From the NCBI RefSeq assembly GCF_963921235.1, contig NC_086097.1, forward strand, positions 154,878,001 to 154,942,000: DNA of 64,000 bases, read 5' to 3'. Both the position numbers and the translations under genes were made by a program. Within the stretch, counting starts at the first letter, position 1. Every line of letters begins with the position of its first letter. This DNA is from Mobula hypostoma. Lineage: Eukaryota. Below are positions 23,828 through 35,995 of the stretch, in pieces. The notes under the pieces are model-generated. The model was not told the DNA's origin. It was given only the letters and a program-made list of their open reading frames with translations, and searched no databases.

Positions 23828-25543
23828 TACGAAGGTTCTCAGTCATCCAGGTCATTGTATATCAAGCAGTAGTAAATCAAGGCAACTGGACTTGCTCTGT
23901 TTTCTGGAAGACATTTCGCCACTCATCTGAGAGGCTTCTTCAGTTCTGATCCATGGTGAGGAATTTTTCCAGTTTATAAACTCTGAGTTGTTTAAATCAT
24001 AGCAATCATATGAGGGTTGTTAAGAGTTGTAGAGGTAATGAGAGGGTCATTAGTCTTGTCTTTGCATGAGTGGAGGTGTGAACCATTGTGGAGGTGCTGG
24101 AGTAGAGATGTTAGGACTACATTGTAAATAGCTGATAGGTGGTGTCATACTCCACCCCCTCTGTTCAGGGATGGGTTTTCCAGTTTGACAAAGATGACTT
24201 CTTTAATCTCTCATTCAAACCACCTGTCCTCCCTGTCCAAAATGTACACATTGTTATCATCAAAGGAGTGTCCCTTGTCCTTTAGGTGTAGATACACAGC
24301 TGAGTCTTGACCTGATATGCTGGGCCATCTTTCTGTGATCAGCTCATTTATAAATTTATCACACACAGTTTCTTAGTGAAGCCAAAAGAGTGCGAGGGAA
24401 TGGGAAAATGGTTTTGTCTCACCAATATACAGATCTGTGCAACTCAGTGGATAATAACATCAATTTACACAAGAAGATGTTGAGAACAATAGACTGGCCT
24501 TTCTTGACTGTTCAGTACTTATCAAAGAAAATGGACATCTAGATACTGAAGTTTACAGGAAACCAGTGCACACAGATCAGTAGCTACAGTTTGACTCTCA
24601 TCACCCATTACAGCATAAGTTAAGGGTTATCAGAGTACTACATCACCGTGCCGAGAATGTCCGCACCAACATTACAGCTAAAGACAAGGTGCGCAAGTAT
24701 TTGAGAGCAGCCTTGAAATCTTGCAGCTACCCTGACTGGGCCTTCATGAAGACAGCAACAAAAACCAGCAGGGACATCAGTCCAACAGACAGAGGTAAGG
24801 AACAAAGCAGCTAGAAAAACATAGTCGTCCCATATGTAGCTTGAATTTCAGAGAAACTCAGAAGGATTTTGGACAAACACCAAATCCTTATCTTTTTCAA
24901 ACCTACAAACATATTCAGACAGTAACTCATCCACCTCAAGCCCTAACCCTAACCCTACACTCAAACATAAACAGAGCAATATTGTATAAGCTATCCAATG
25001 CAATGAGAACTGCACAGATCTGTATATCAGAGAGACAAAGCAACCACTTCACAAAAGGATGGCCCAGCATAGGAGGGGTAACACATCAGGTCAAAACTTG
25101 GCTGTGTATCTACACCTAAAGGACAAGGGACACTCCTTTGACGATAACAATGTGCATATTTTGGACAGGGAGGACAGGTGGTTTGAAAGTAGGGTTAAAG
25201 AAGTCATCTTTGTGAAACTGGAAAACCCATCCCTGAACAGAGGGGATGGGGTACAACACCACCTATCAGCTACTTACAATGCAGTACTAACATCTCTACC
25301 CCAGCATCTCCACAACAGTTCACACCTCCATTCATGCAAAGGCAAGACTAATAACCCTCTCATTACCTCTACAACTCTTAACAACCCTCATGTGATTGCT
25401 ATACCTTTAAACAACTCAAGAGTTTATAAGCAGGGAAATTCATCACCATGGATCAGATCTGAAGAAATTCCTTGGATGAGTGGTGAAATGTCTTCTAGAT
25501 AGTACAGCAAGTCCAGTTGCCTTGATCTACTACTGTTTTATAT
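23828..25543. mobile_element. Penelope-like element (Poseidon type): - arm about 23828-24333, + arm about 24425-25543 (RT thumb plus GIY-YIG), decayed
   Basis: + arm encodes EVYRKP.HTDQ..FDSHHP..HK, YPDW, then LYI.ETKQPLHKRMAQHRR..AVYLHL..ILDRE..WFE.RVKE; left arm is its inverted 3' part; hammerhead motifs at 23907-23946 (-) and 25456-25495 (+). Confidence 0.88.
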
Positions 25544-25609
25544 GGTAGTTACTGATCTCTTCCTCAATTTACTGTTGGTGGAGGGGAGACAGAAGGAGCA
25601 ATCCAATGC

Positions 25610-25985
25610 TTTCTTCTTGCTGCTGCCATTGGAAGGAGATATAGGACCCTAAGGTGTCATACCACCAGGTTCAGGAACAGTTGTTACACTCCAACTGTCA
25701 GTTTCCTAAACCATCATGGATAACTTCACTCACCTCACACAACATATGAATTCACTTTCAAGGACTCTGCAACTCAAGTTCTCAGTATTATTTATTTACT
25801 TATTGTTATTATCATATTTTCACAGTTTGTCTTTTGCACATTGGTTGTTTGTCTGTCTTTGTGTAGTTTTTCATTGTTTCTGTTGTATTTCTTTGTTTTA
25901 TTCTGAATGCCTGCAAGAAAATGAATGCCAGGATAGTACATAGTGACATATATGTACTTTGATAATAAATTTACTTTGAACTTAC
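25610..25985 (+). mobile_element. Old Rex1/L2-type LINE 3' end
   Basis: ACCACCAGGTTCAGGAACAG (RFRNS motif), AT-rich 3' UTR ending GATAATAAATTTACTTTGAACT. Confidence 0.6.
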
Positions 25986-26062
25986 AATTGGATGGGTTAG
26001 GTTCATCCTGTTTTTACTGCTAGGATAAAAGCAAAGCAGTCAACCTCATTATTAAGTGGAAG

Positions 26063-27083
26063 TATCAGAAGGAGGTGGCTGGGAATGAACCCAAGTGCAA
26101 GACACAGACACTGAAGTACTAGGAACAGGACTAGGATACAGGGTGAGGGCTAGGACATGGACACAAAAACCGGGAACCCCGAACAGGACTGGACAAGAGA
26201 GCTAGGAGCAAGGGCTTGGACTCCGAGCCAGAGACTGGACAATGACCCAGAACCTGGGTCTTGCCTCTGGCTCAGACCCCAGAACTAGGCAAGGACATGA
26301 CTTGGCTGGCAGGCAGGACAAGGCTGGAGACCAGAGACTTGAGGTGAGGCTTGAGACCAGAGACTTGAGGCTTGGGATCTTGAAGCTTGGCTTGGGACGA
26401 GGCTCAGCTCGGCTAGAGGCTTGAGGCTCGGCTCGGCTAGAGGCTTGGGGTCTTGAAGCTCCTTCTGGGCAGGGCGTGGATCTCCACCCGACAGAGGCAA
26501 GGGACAGAACCAACCATAGGTAACGGCAAGACGGCCTGGCCTACCCGATGGAGGCAAGGGACAGAAAGGGACAGAGCTAACCGCAGGGTAATGGCAAGAC
26601 GGCCTGACTTACCTGGTGGAGGCAAAGGACAGGAAGGGAGCTAGGTACAGGGTGGCTCCAAGATAAGACTTCAGACGAGACCAGGCGAGAGTTACCAGCA
26701 AGACAAGGCAAGGCTGCAGGCAATGCAAGGCGAGACAAAAACTTCAGGCGAGGTGAGGGTTACCGGCAAAACAAGGCAATGCTTCAGGCAATGCAAGGCG
26801 AGACAAGAACTCAGGCGAGGCGAGAGTTACCGGCAAGACAAGGCAAGGCTCCAGGCCAGGAAACAGAAGGCAGGGGAAGGGATACAAGGAGTAAGGACAA
26901 GAACAATCCAGCACGCCATGCCCTGGTCTCTGGAGGTATTTATGCAGCCAGCCCCAATGAGAATCAGCTGCCTCAAGCAGTGCTCAACAGGAACAGAAAC
27001 AGGGTAGACCGGAAAACCTGGAGCAAGGGTCGATGGACCGGACCGTGAACCAGAATGCGGACTTCATGGACCGGACCATGACA
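26063..27083. mobile_element. Solo LTR (probably Gypsy), about 1.02 kb, with internal tandem repeats
   Basis: Termini TATCA...TGACA (TGTCA-like inverted ends); 5-bp TSD GGAAG at 26058-26062 and 27084-27088; strongly strand-biased repeated blocks. Confidence 0.8.
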
Positions 27084-27927
27084 GGAAGTCAGTATGACTC
27101 AAGTATTTCAGATGCCACTGAAAAAATGGGTGGCCGTTTATCATGTATGTTTGGCACTGTTATCAGGATCTTGAGAAAACAAGAATCAGCAGCAGGAGCA
27201 GTTGCATTAGCTCTCAAACCTGCTTCATTACCACAGTTGAACTGAATTTTGTCCACTATTTTCAATTCCTTACATGATTCTCATGACTTTTAAACTTTTC
27301 TATAGTCCAAAATTTACCTCTCAGCCTTGGATATAGTTAATGACATAACATATACGGTTTCCTGCAGTAATGAATTCACACAGTTTGCAAATTCTCTGAG
27401 AGAAGAAATTCCTGTTTTTCCCTTTAACCCATGGTTATCCCTTTATCCTGAGCCTCCGTCTAGCTGAAACATCCCCCTACCCTCAGTGAAAGATTCTCAT
27501 CATTTAAACTTTGGAGAATATAAAGCCATTCTACTCAGTTTTACTTTATTAAATCTGCCCTCTCCCAAATGTTCTGCTCCCAAGACAACCAGTTTCCTTT
27601 ATCAGAGCTTATGCCTTTTGCTCTGTCCCGTGTATTTGACAGCACCTTCATATAATTTGAATTGAAACTTAGCTGGACAGTAATGTTTATGATTCTCAGC
27701 TGATATCACATTAATTCCACTTCATTTGGAGAATTGGATGGAAGTTTTAAAAAATTACTTTGGCCTTAATTTTGATTCTTGTTTGCTTAGCTCTACCATG
27801 ATTAATGACTGTGATGATTTTTAGCTTAATGACTCAAAAATGTAGAGACTTTACATTAGTTAACAGTTCTATCAATTCATCAATCAGCTATTGTCCTATA
27901 ATATTAGAAAATTTAGCACAGAGACAT

Positions 27928-28180
27928 ATGCGGCTCGTGGCCAAGCGATTAAGCCGTTCATCTAGTGAGTTGAAAGTTGCTAGTTCGAGCCTTAGCTGAG
28001 GCAGCGTGTGTGTCCTTGAGCAAGGCACTTAACCACACATTGCTCTACGATAACACCGGTGCCAAGCTGTATGGGTCCTAATGCCCTTCCCTTGGACAAC
28101 ATCGGTGGCATGGAGACAGGAGACTTGCAGCATAGGCAACTGCTGGTCTTCCATACAACCTTGCCCAGGCCTGCGGCCTG
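27928..28180 (+). mobile_element. tRNA-derived CORE-type SINE, abutted at its 3' end by a CR1 tail
   Basis: A-box TGGCCAAGCGATTAAG, B-box GTTCGAGCC, core motif GTGTCCTTGAGCAAGGCACTTAACC. Confidence 0.7.
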
Positions 28181-29262
28181 GAAACATAGAAAACCTACAG
28201 CACAATACAGGCCCTTCGGCCCACAAAGTTGTGCCGAACATGTCCCTACCTGAAAAATTACTAACTTTCTTATAGCCCTCTATTTTTTTTAACCTCCATG
28301 TACCTATCCAAAAGTCACTTAAAAGACCCTATTGTATCCATCTCCACCACTGCTGCTGGCAGCCCATTCCACGCACTCACCACCCTCTGCATAAAAAAAC
28401 TTACCCCTGCAGCTCCTCGGTACCTACTTTCAAGCACATTAAACCTGTGTCCTCTTGTGGCAACCATTTCAGCTCTGGGAAAAAGCCTCTGACTATCCAC
28501 ATGATCAATGCTTCTCATCATCTTATACAACTCTATCAGGTCACCTCTCATCCTCTGTTGCTTCAAGGAGAAAAGGCCAAGTTCACTCAACCTGTGAATG
28601 CTCCCCAATCCAGGCAGCATCCTTGTAAATCTCCTCTGCCCCTTTTCTATAGCTTCCACACCCTTCTTACAGTGAGGAGACCAGAACTGAGCACAGTACT
28701 CCAAGTGTGGTCTGACCAGAGTCCTATATAGCTGCAACATTACCTCTCGGCTCCTAAATTCAATTCCATGATTAATGAAGGTCAATACACCGTATGCCTT
28801 CTTAACCACAGAGTCAACCTGCGCAGCTGCTTTGAGCGTCCTATGGACTCGGACCCCAAGATCCTCCAAGAGTCTTACCATTAATACTATATTCTGCCAT
28901 CATATTTGACCTACCAAAATGAACCACCTCACAATTATCTGGGTTGAACGCAATCTGCCTCTTCTCAGCCCAGTTTTGCATCCTATCAATGTCCCGCTGA
29001 CAGCCCTCCACACTATCCACAACACCTCCAATCTTTGTGTCATCAGCAAACTTACTAACCTATCCCTCCACTTCCTCATCCAGGTCATTTATAAAAATCA
29101 CGAAGAGTAAGGGTCCCAGAACAGATCCCCGAGGCACACAACTGGTCACTGACCTCTATGCAGAACGTGACCCATCTACAACCACTCTTTGCCTCCTGTG
29201 CAAGCCAGTCCTGGATCCACAAAGCAATGTCCCCTTGGATCCCATGCATCCTTACTTTCTCA
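28181..29262 (-). mobile_element. CR1 LINE 3' fragment (RT end to 3' UTR), with deletions
   Basis: ORF 28315-28881 LVRPHLEYCAQFWSP..RGDLIE..QRVVSAWN; KFADDTK region near 29040. Confidence 0.92.
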
Positions 29263-29584
29263 AGAGGTTGACTGCAACCAAAATTCTGAGTGTCAAACAG
29301 ATAGCGAACAACCGGTAGTTGTTGGGGAGAGAAAGTTAGTTTCTGCTGTCATCTCAAAGGAGAATCCATTATCAGAAAGACCTCCAAGTAAAATTAATGA
29401 TGATTATGTTTACACTGCATCCTGTCTATGGGTGCATCTTAATCACAGTTAATAAGCAGGCTGTGTACATCCTTAGCACTCTGTGAAATACTGCTACCAA
29501 ACAGAAATAATTATATTTCATACAACGTATAATGGTGAAGATCTGACCACATTTACCTTGGCATATTAAAGCCTATGCTATGTT

Positions 29585-31765
29585 TGCAAAGTCACAAATA
29601 GAAGGGTTGTGTGTGGTGGTAATAATCTTCTGAAGTGTGTCAATTTCAATGCAAGGAGTATTGCAGGGAAGGCTGACAAGCTGAGGGTGTGGATTGACAC
29701 AGGGAATTACAGCATTATAGCCATTAGTGAAACTTGGCTGCAGGAGGGACAGGACTGGCAGCTTAATGTTCCAGGGTTCTGATGTTTCAGACGTGATAGA
29801 GGCAGAGGAATGAAGGGTGGGGGGGGGTGGCATTGCTAGTCAGGGAAATGTTACAGCAGTGCTCAGACAAGACAAATTAGAGGGTTTGTCTACCGAGGCC
29901 ATATGGGTGGAACTGAGATACAGGAACGGTATGACAACATTAATCGGGTTGGATTATAGACCACCCAATAGTCAGCGAGAATTGGAAGAGAAAATCTGCA
30001 CAGAGGTAGCAGACAGCTGCAGGAAACATAAAGTTGTGATAGTAGGGGATTTTAATTTTCCACATATTGATTGGGACTCCCATACTGTTAAAGGTCTAGA
30101 CGGGTTAGAGTTTGTAAAATGTGTTCAGGAAAGTTTTCTAGATCAATATATAGAGGTAACAACTAGAGAGGATGCAATATTAGATCTCCTATTAGGAAAC
30201 GAGTTAGGGCAGGTGACTGAAGTCTGTGTAGGGGAACACTTTGGTTCCAGTGATCATAACACCATTAGTTTCAACCTGATCATGGATAAAAATAGATCTG
30301 GTCCTCAGGTTGAGGTTCTAAACTGGAAAAAGGCTAAATCTGAAAAAATAAGAAAATATCTAAAAAGCGTGGATTGGGACAGATTGTTCTCTGGCAAGGA
30401 TGTGATTGGTAAGTGGGAGGCCTTCAAAGGAGAAATTTTGAGAGTGCAGAGTTTGTATGTTCCTGTCAGGATTCAAGGCAAAGTGAATAAGAATAAGGAA
30501 CCTTAGTTCTCAAGGGATATTGGAATTCTGATAAAGAAGAAGAGAGAGATGTATGACATGTATAGGAAACAGGGAGAAAATAAGGTGCTTGAGGAGTATA
30601 AAAAGTGCAAAAAAAAACTTAAGAAAAATCAGGAGGGCTAAAAGAAGACATGAGGTTGCTTTGGCAGTCGAGGTAAAGGATAATCTAAAGAGCTTCCACA
30701 GGTATATTAAGAGCAAAAGGATAGCAAGGGATAAAATTGGTCCTCTTGAAGATCAGAGTGGTTGGCTATGTATGGAACCAAACGAAATGGAGGAGATCTT
30801 AAATGTTTTTTTTGCATCTGTATTTACTAAGGAAACTGGCATGGAGTCCATGGAAATAAGGCAAACAAGTAGTGAGGTCATGGAACCTATAAAGATTGAG
30901 GAGGAGGAGGTGCTTGCTATCTTGAGGCAAATCAGAGTAGATAAATCCCCAGGACCTGACAGGATATTCCCTCGGACCTTGAAGGAGACTAGTGTTGAAA
31001 TTGCAGGGGCCCTGGCAGATATATTTAAAATGTCGGTATCCACGGATGAGGTGCCAGAGGATTGGAAGATAGCTCATATTGTTCCATTGTTTAAAAAAGG
31101 CTCTGAAAGTAATCTGGGAAATTATAGGCCGGTAAATTTGACGTTGGTAGTAGGTAAATTATTGGAAGGAGTACTAAGAGATAGGATCCACAAGCATTTG
31201 GATAGACAGGGACTTATTAGGGAGAATCAACATGGCTTTGTGCGTGGTAGGTCATGTTTGACAAATCTGTTGGAGTTTTTTGAGGAGGTTACCAGGAAAG
31301 TGGATGTAGGGAAGGTGGTGGATGTTGTCTACATGGACATCAGTAAGGCTTTTGACAAGGTCCCGCATGGGATGTTAGTTAGGAAGATTCATTCACGAGG
31401 TATACATGGAGAGGTAGTAAATTGGATTAGATTTTGGCTCAATGGAAGAAGCCAGAGAGTGGTAGTGGAGGATTGCTTCTCTGAGTGGAGGCCTGTGACT
31501 AGTGGTGTGCCACAGGGATCAGTGCTGGGTCCATTGTTATTTATCATCTATATCAATGATCTGGATGATAATGTGGTAAATTGGATCAGCAAATTTGCTG
31601 ATGATACAAAGTATGGAGGTGCAGTGGACAATGAGGAAGGTTTTCAAAGCTTGCAGAGGGATTTGGACCAGCTGGAAAAATGGGCTGAAAACAGATGGAG
31701 TTTAATACAGACAAGTGTGAGGTATTGCACTTTGGAAGGTCAAACCAAGGTAGAACATACGTGGT
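29585..31765 (+). mobile_element. CR1 LINE ORF2 (APE endonuclease plus RT), 3' end missing at the junction with the next element
   Basis: ORFs 29817-30506 (YRPP, GDFN, SDH) and 30553-31767 (KSPGPD, QHGF, KAFDKV, KFADDTK). Confidence 0.93.
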
Positions 31766-34700
31766 AACATAGAACATAGAGAACATAGAATAGTACAGCA
31801 CAGTACAGGCCCTTCGGCCCACAATGTTGTGCCGACCCTCAAACCCTGCCTCCCATATAAGCCCCCACCTTAGATTCCTCCATATACCTGTCTAGTAGTC
31901 TCTTAAACTTCACTAGTGTATCTGCCTCCACCACTGACTCAGGCAGTGCATTCCACGCACCAACCACTCTCTGAGTAAAAGACTTTCCTCTAATATCCCC
32001 CTTGAACTTCCCACCCCTTACCTTAAAGCCATGTCCTCTTGTATTGAGCAGTGGTGCCCTGGGGAAGAGGCGCTGGCTATCCACTCGATCTATTCCTCTT
32101 ATTATCTTGTACACCTGTATCATGTCTCCTCTCATCCTCTTTCTCTCCAAAGAGTAAAGCCCTAGCTCCCTTAATCTCTGATCATAATGCATACTTTCTA
32201 AACCAGGCAGCATCCTGGTAAATCTCCTCTGTACCCTTTCCAATGCTTCCACATCCTTCCTATAGTGAGGAGACCAGAAATGGACACAGTACTCCAAGTG
32301 TGGCCTAACCAGAGTTTTATAGAGCTGCATCATTACATCGCGACTCTTAAACTCTATCCCTCGACTTATGAAAGCTAACACCCTATAAGCTTTCTTAACT
32401 ACCCTATCCACCTATGAGGCAACTTTCAGGGATCTGTGGACATGTACCCCGAGATCCCTCTGCTCCTCCACACTACCAAGTATCCTGCCATTTACTTTGT
32501 ACTCTGCCTTGGAGTTTGTCCTTCCAAAGTGTACCACCTCACACTTCTCTGGGTTGAACTCCATCTGCCACTTCTCAGCCCACTTCTGCATCCTATCAAT
32601 GTCTCTCTGCAATCTTTGACAATCCTCTACACTATCTACAACACAACCAACCTTTGTGTTGTCTGCAAACTTGCCAACCCACCCTTCTACTCCCACATCC
32701 AGGTCGTTAACAAAAATCACGAAAAGTAGAGGTCCCAGAACAGATCCTTGTGGGACACCACTAGTCACAATCCTCCAATCTGAATGTACTCCCTCCACCA
32801 CCACCCTCTGCCTTCTGCAGGCAAGCCAATTCTGAATCCACCTGGCCAAACTTCCCTGGATTCCATGCCTTCTAACTTTCTGAATAAGCCTACCGTGTGG
32901 AACCTTGTCAAATGCCTTACTAAAATCCATATAGATCACATCCACTGCACTACCCTCATCTATATGCCTGGTCACCTCCTCAAAGAACTCTATCAGGCTT
33001 GTTAGACACGATCTGCCCTTCACAAAGCCATGCTGACTGTCCCTGACCAGACCATGATTCTCTAAATGCCTATATATCCTATCTCTAAGAATCTTTTCCA
33101 ACAGCTTTCCCACCACAGACGTAAGGCTCACTGGTCTGTAATTACCCGGACTATCGCTACTACCTTTTTTGAACAAGGGAACAACATTCGCCTCCCTCCA
33201 ATCCTCCGGTACCATTCCCGTGGACAACGAGGACATAAAGATCCTACCCAGAGGCTCAGCAATCTCTTCTCTCGCCTCGTGGAGCAGCCTGGGGAATATT
33301 CCGTCAGGCCCCGGGGACTTATCTGTCCTAATGTATTTTAACAACTCCAACACCTCCTCTCCCCTAATATCAACATGCTCCAGAACATCAACCTCACTCA
33401 TATTGTCCTCACCATCATCAAGTTCCCCCTCATTGGTGAATACCGAAGAGAAGTATTCATTGAGGACCTCGCTCACTTCCACAGCCTCCAGGCACATCTT
33501 CCCACCTTTATCTCTAATCGGTCTTACCTTCACTCCTGTCATCCTTTTTCTCTTCACATAATTGAAGAATACCTTGGGGTTTTCCTTTACCTTACTCGCC
33601 AAGGCCCTCATGCCCCCTTCTTGCTCTTCTCAGTCCCTTCTTAAGCTCCTTTCTTGCTTCCCTATATTCCTCAATAGACCCATCTGATCCTTGCTTCCTA
33701 AACCTCATGTATGCTGCCTTCTTCCACCTGACTAGATTTTCCACCTCACTTGTCACCCATGGTTCCTTCACCCTACCATTCTTCATCTTCCTCACTGTGA
33801 CAAATTTATCCCTAACATCCCGCAAGAGATCTCTAAACATTGACCACATGTCCATAGTACATCTCCCTGCAAAAACATCATCCCAATTAACACCCACAAG
33901 TTCTAGCCTTATAGCCTCATAATTTGCCTTTCCCCAACTAAAAATTTTCCTGTCCTCTTTGATTCTATCCTTTTCCATGATAATTATAAAGGCCAGGGAG
34001 CAGTGGTCACTGTCCCCCAGATGCTCACCCACTGAGAGATCTGTGACCTGGCCCAGTTCATAACCTAGTACTAGATCTAGTACAGCATTCCCCCGGTCGG
34101 CCTGTCCACATACTGTGACAGGAATCCATCATGGACACACTTAACAAATTCTGCCCCATCTAAACCCTTGGAACTAATCAGGTGCCAATCAATATTAGGG
34201 AAGTTAAAGTCACCCATGATAACAACCCTGTTATTTTTGCACCTTTCCAAAATCTGCCTCCCAATCTGCTCCTCTGTATCTCTGCTGCTACCAAGGGGCC
34301 TATAGAATACCCCCAATAGAGTAACTGCTCCCTTCCTGTTCCTGACTTCCACCCATATTGACTCAAAAGAAGATCCTGCTACATTGCCCACCCTTTCTGT
34401 AGCTGTAATAATATCCCTGACCAGTAATGCCACCCCTCCTCCCCTTTTTCCGCCCTCTCTATCCCTTTTAAAGCACTGAAATCCAGGAATATTGAGAATC
34501 CATTCCTGCCCTGGTGCCAGCCAAGTCTCTGTAATGGCCACTACATCATAATTCCATGTATGTATTCAAGCTCTCAGTTCATCACCTTTGTTCCTGATGC
34601 TTCTTGCATTGAGGTACACACACTTCAGCCCTTCTACCTTACTGTCTTTACACCTTTTATTCTGCTTCTCTTTCCTCAAAGCCTCTCTGTATGTTAGATT

Positions 34701-35995
34701 TGGCTTTACTTCTTTCACTGCTCTATCCCTCTGGGTCCCATCCCCCGTGCAAATTAGTTTAAACCCTCCCGAACCATGCTAGCAAACCTACCTGCAAGGA
34801 CATTGCTCCCCCTCGAGTTCAGGTGCAACCCATCCAATCTGTACAGGTCCCACCTTCCCCAGAAGAGATCCCAATGAGCTAAAAATCTAAAACCCTGCTC
34901 CCTGCACCAACTCTTCAGCCACGCATTCAACTGCCATCTCCTCCAATTCTTACCATCACTGTCACATAGCACTGGCAGCAATCCTGAGAACGCCACCCTC
35001 GAGGTCCTGTTCTTCAGCCTTCTGCCTAGTTCCCAAAACTCACACTTCAGGACCTCATCCCTCTTCCTGCCTATGTCGTTGGTCCCAACATGTATCACGA
35101 CTTCTGGTTGCTTTCCCTCTCGTACCAGGATGTCATGCACCCGATCAGAGACATCCCTGACCCTGGCACCCGGGAGGCAACAAACCATGCAGGTGTCCTT
35201 CTCATGTCCGCAAAATCTCCTGTCTGCTCCCCTGACTATAGAGTCTCCAATGACAACAGCTCTCCTCTTCTCCGTCCCACCCTTCTGCACCACAGGGTCA
35301 GACTCAGTGCCGGAGGCCCTGCCACCCTGGCTCACACCTAGTCGGTCGTCCCTGCCAACAGTATCCAGGACAGTAAACTTATTATTCAGGGGAATGGCTA
35401 CAGGGGTGCTCTGCACTACCTGTCTGCTCACCTTCGCTTTCCCCCCTCTGACTTTCACCCAACGACCTGCTTCCGACAGCCTAGGTGTGACTACCTCCCT
35501 GTAGCTCTCATCTATGATTGCCTCATTCTCCCTTATGAGTCGAAGGTCATCCAGTTGCTGCTCCAGATTCCTTACACGGTCTTCCAGATCGCCCAGCCGT
35601 ATGCACTTCTGGCAGATGTGACTGTGCAGGAGAGGGGCGTTCCCCCAAGACTGCCACATCTCATATGAGAGGCACATCACCGTCTCAGGAGACATTGTAA
35701 AAACTAACTGCGAGCTAGCTTGTCCTCTGCCTCTTCTCGTCCTCTGCTTCTCGAGTCAAAGCCTCAAAGCTCCACTCCTTCACTGGCCCACTCACTCACT
35801 GGCCGCTTTGCTTGAGCTATCCCTCTATTTATCTGTTTGAGCTTTTCAAAATGTTTGGTCATCTGACCTTGACTGCCCAATCAGCTGCTTTCTGCTGAGT
35901 CTGAGCTATTCAAATCTTGATTGTCTAATCAATGGCTTTCTGCTGATCTATTCAAATCTTGATTGACTTGATTGCACAGACCAACTGCCAAAACT
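31766..35995 (-). mobile_element. Full-length CR1 LINE subfamily 'A' (5' UTR, ORF1, ORF2 with a few lesions, 3' tail)
   Basis: ORF1 34754-35695; ORF2 pieces 34077-34541, 33592-34032, 32412-33611 and 31839-32411; (CTATGTT)n tail at 31766-31790. Confidence 0.95.
34754..35695 (-). CDS. CR1 ORF1 protein: zinc-finger/coiled-coil plus SGNH esterase-like domain, 313 aa, open
   Basis: HICQKC..LEDRVRNLEQQL; VIGDSIVR, CLPGA, HVGTND and DGLH motifs. Confidence 0.88.
   Translation of the reverse strand: MSPETVMCLSYEMWQSWGNAPLLHSHICQKCIRLGDLEDRVRNLEQQLDDLRLIRENEAIIDESYREVVTPRLSEAGRWVKVRGGKAKVSRQVVQSTPVAIPLNNKFTVLDTVGRDDRLGVSQGGRASGTESDPVVQKGGTEKRRAVVIGDSIVRGADRRFCGHEKDTCMVCCLPGARVRDVSDRVHDILVREGKQPEVVIHVGTNDIGRKRDEVLKCEFWELGRRLKNRTSRVAFSGLLPVLCDSDGKNWRRWQLNAWLKSWCREQGFRFLAHWDLFWGRWDLYRLDGLHLNSRGSNVLAGRFASMVREGLN

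Noticed and set aside
26280..26870. Repeat-spacer-like pattern suggesting a CRISPR array or a repetitive protein ORF
   Set aside because: Units are degenerate tandem duplications without unique spacers, inside a TSD-flanked LTR in a vertebrate intron.
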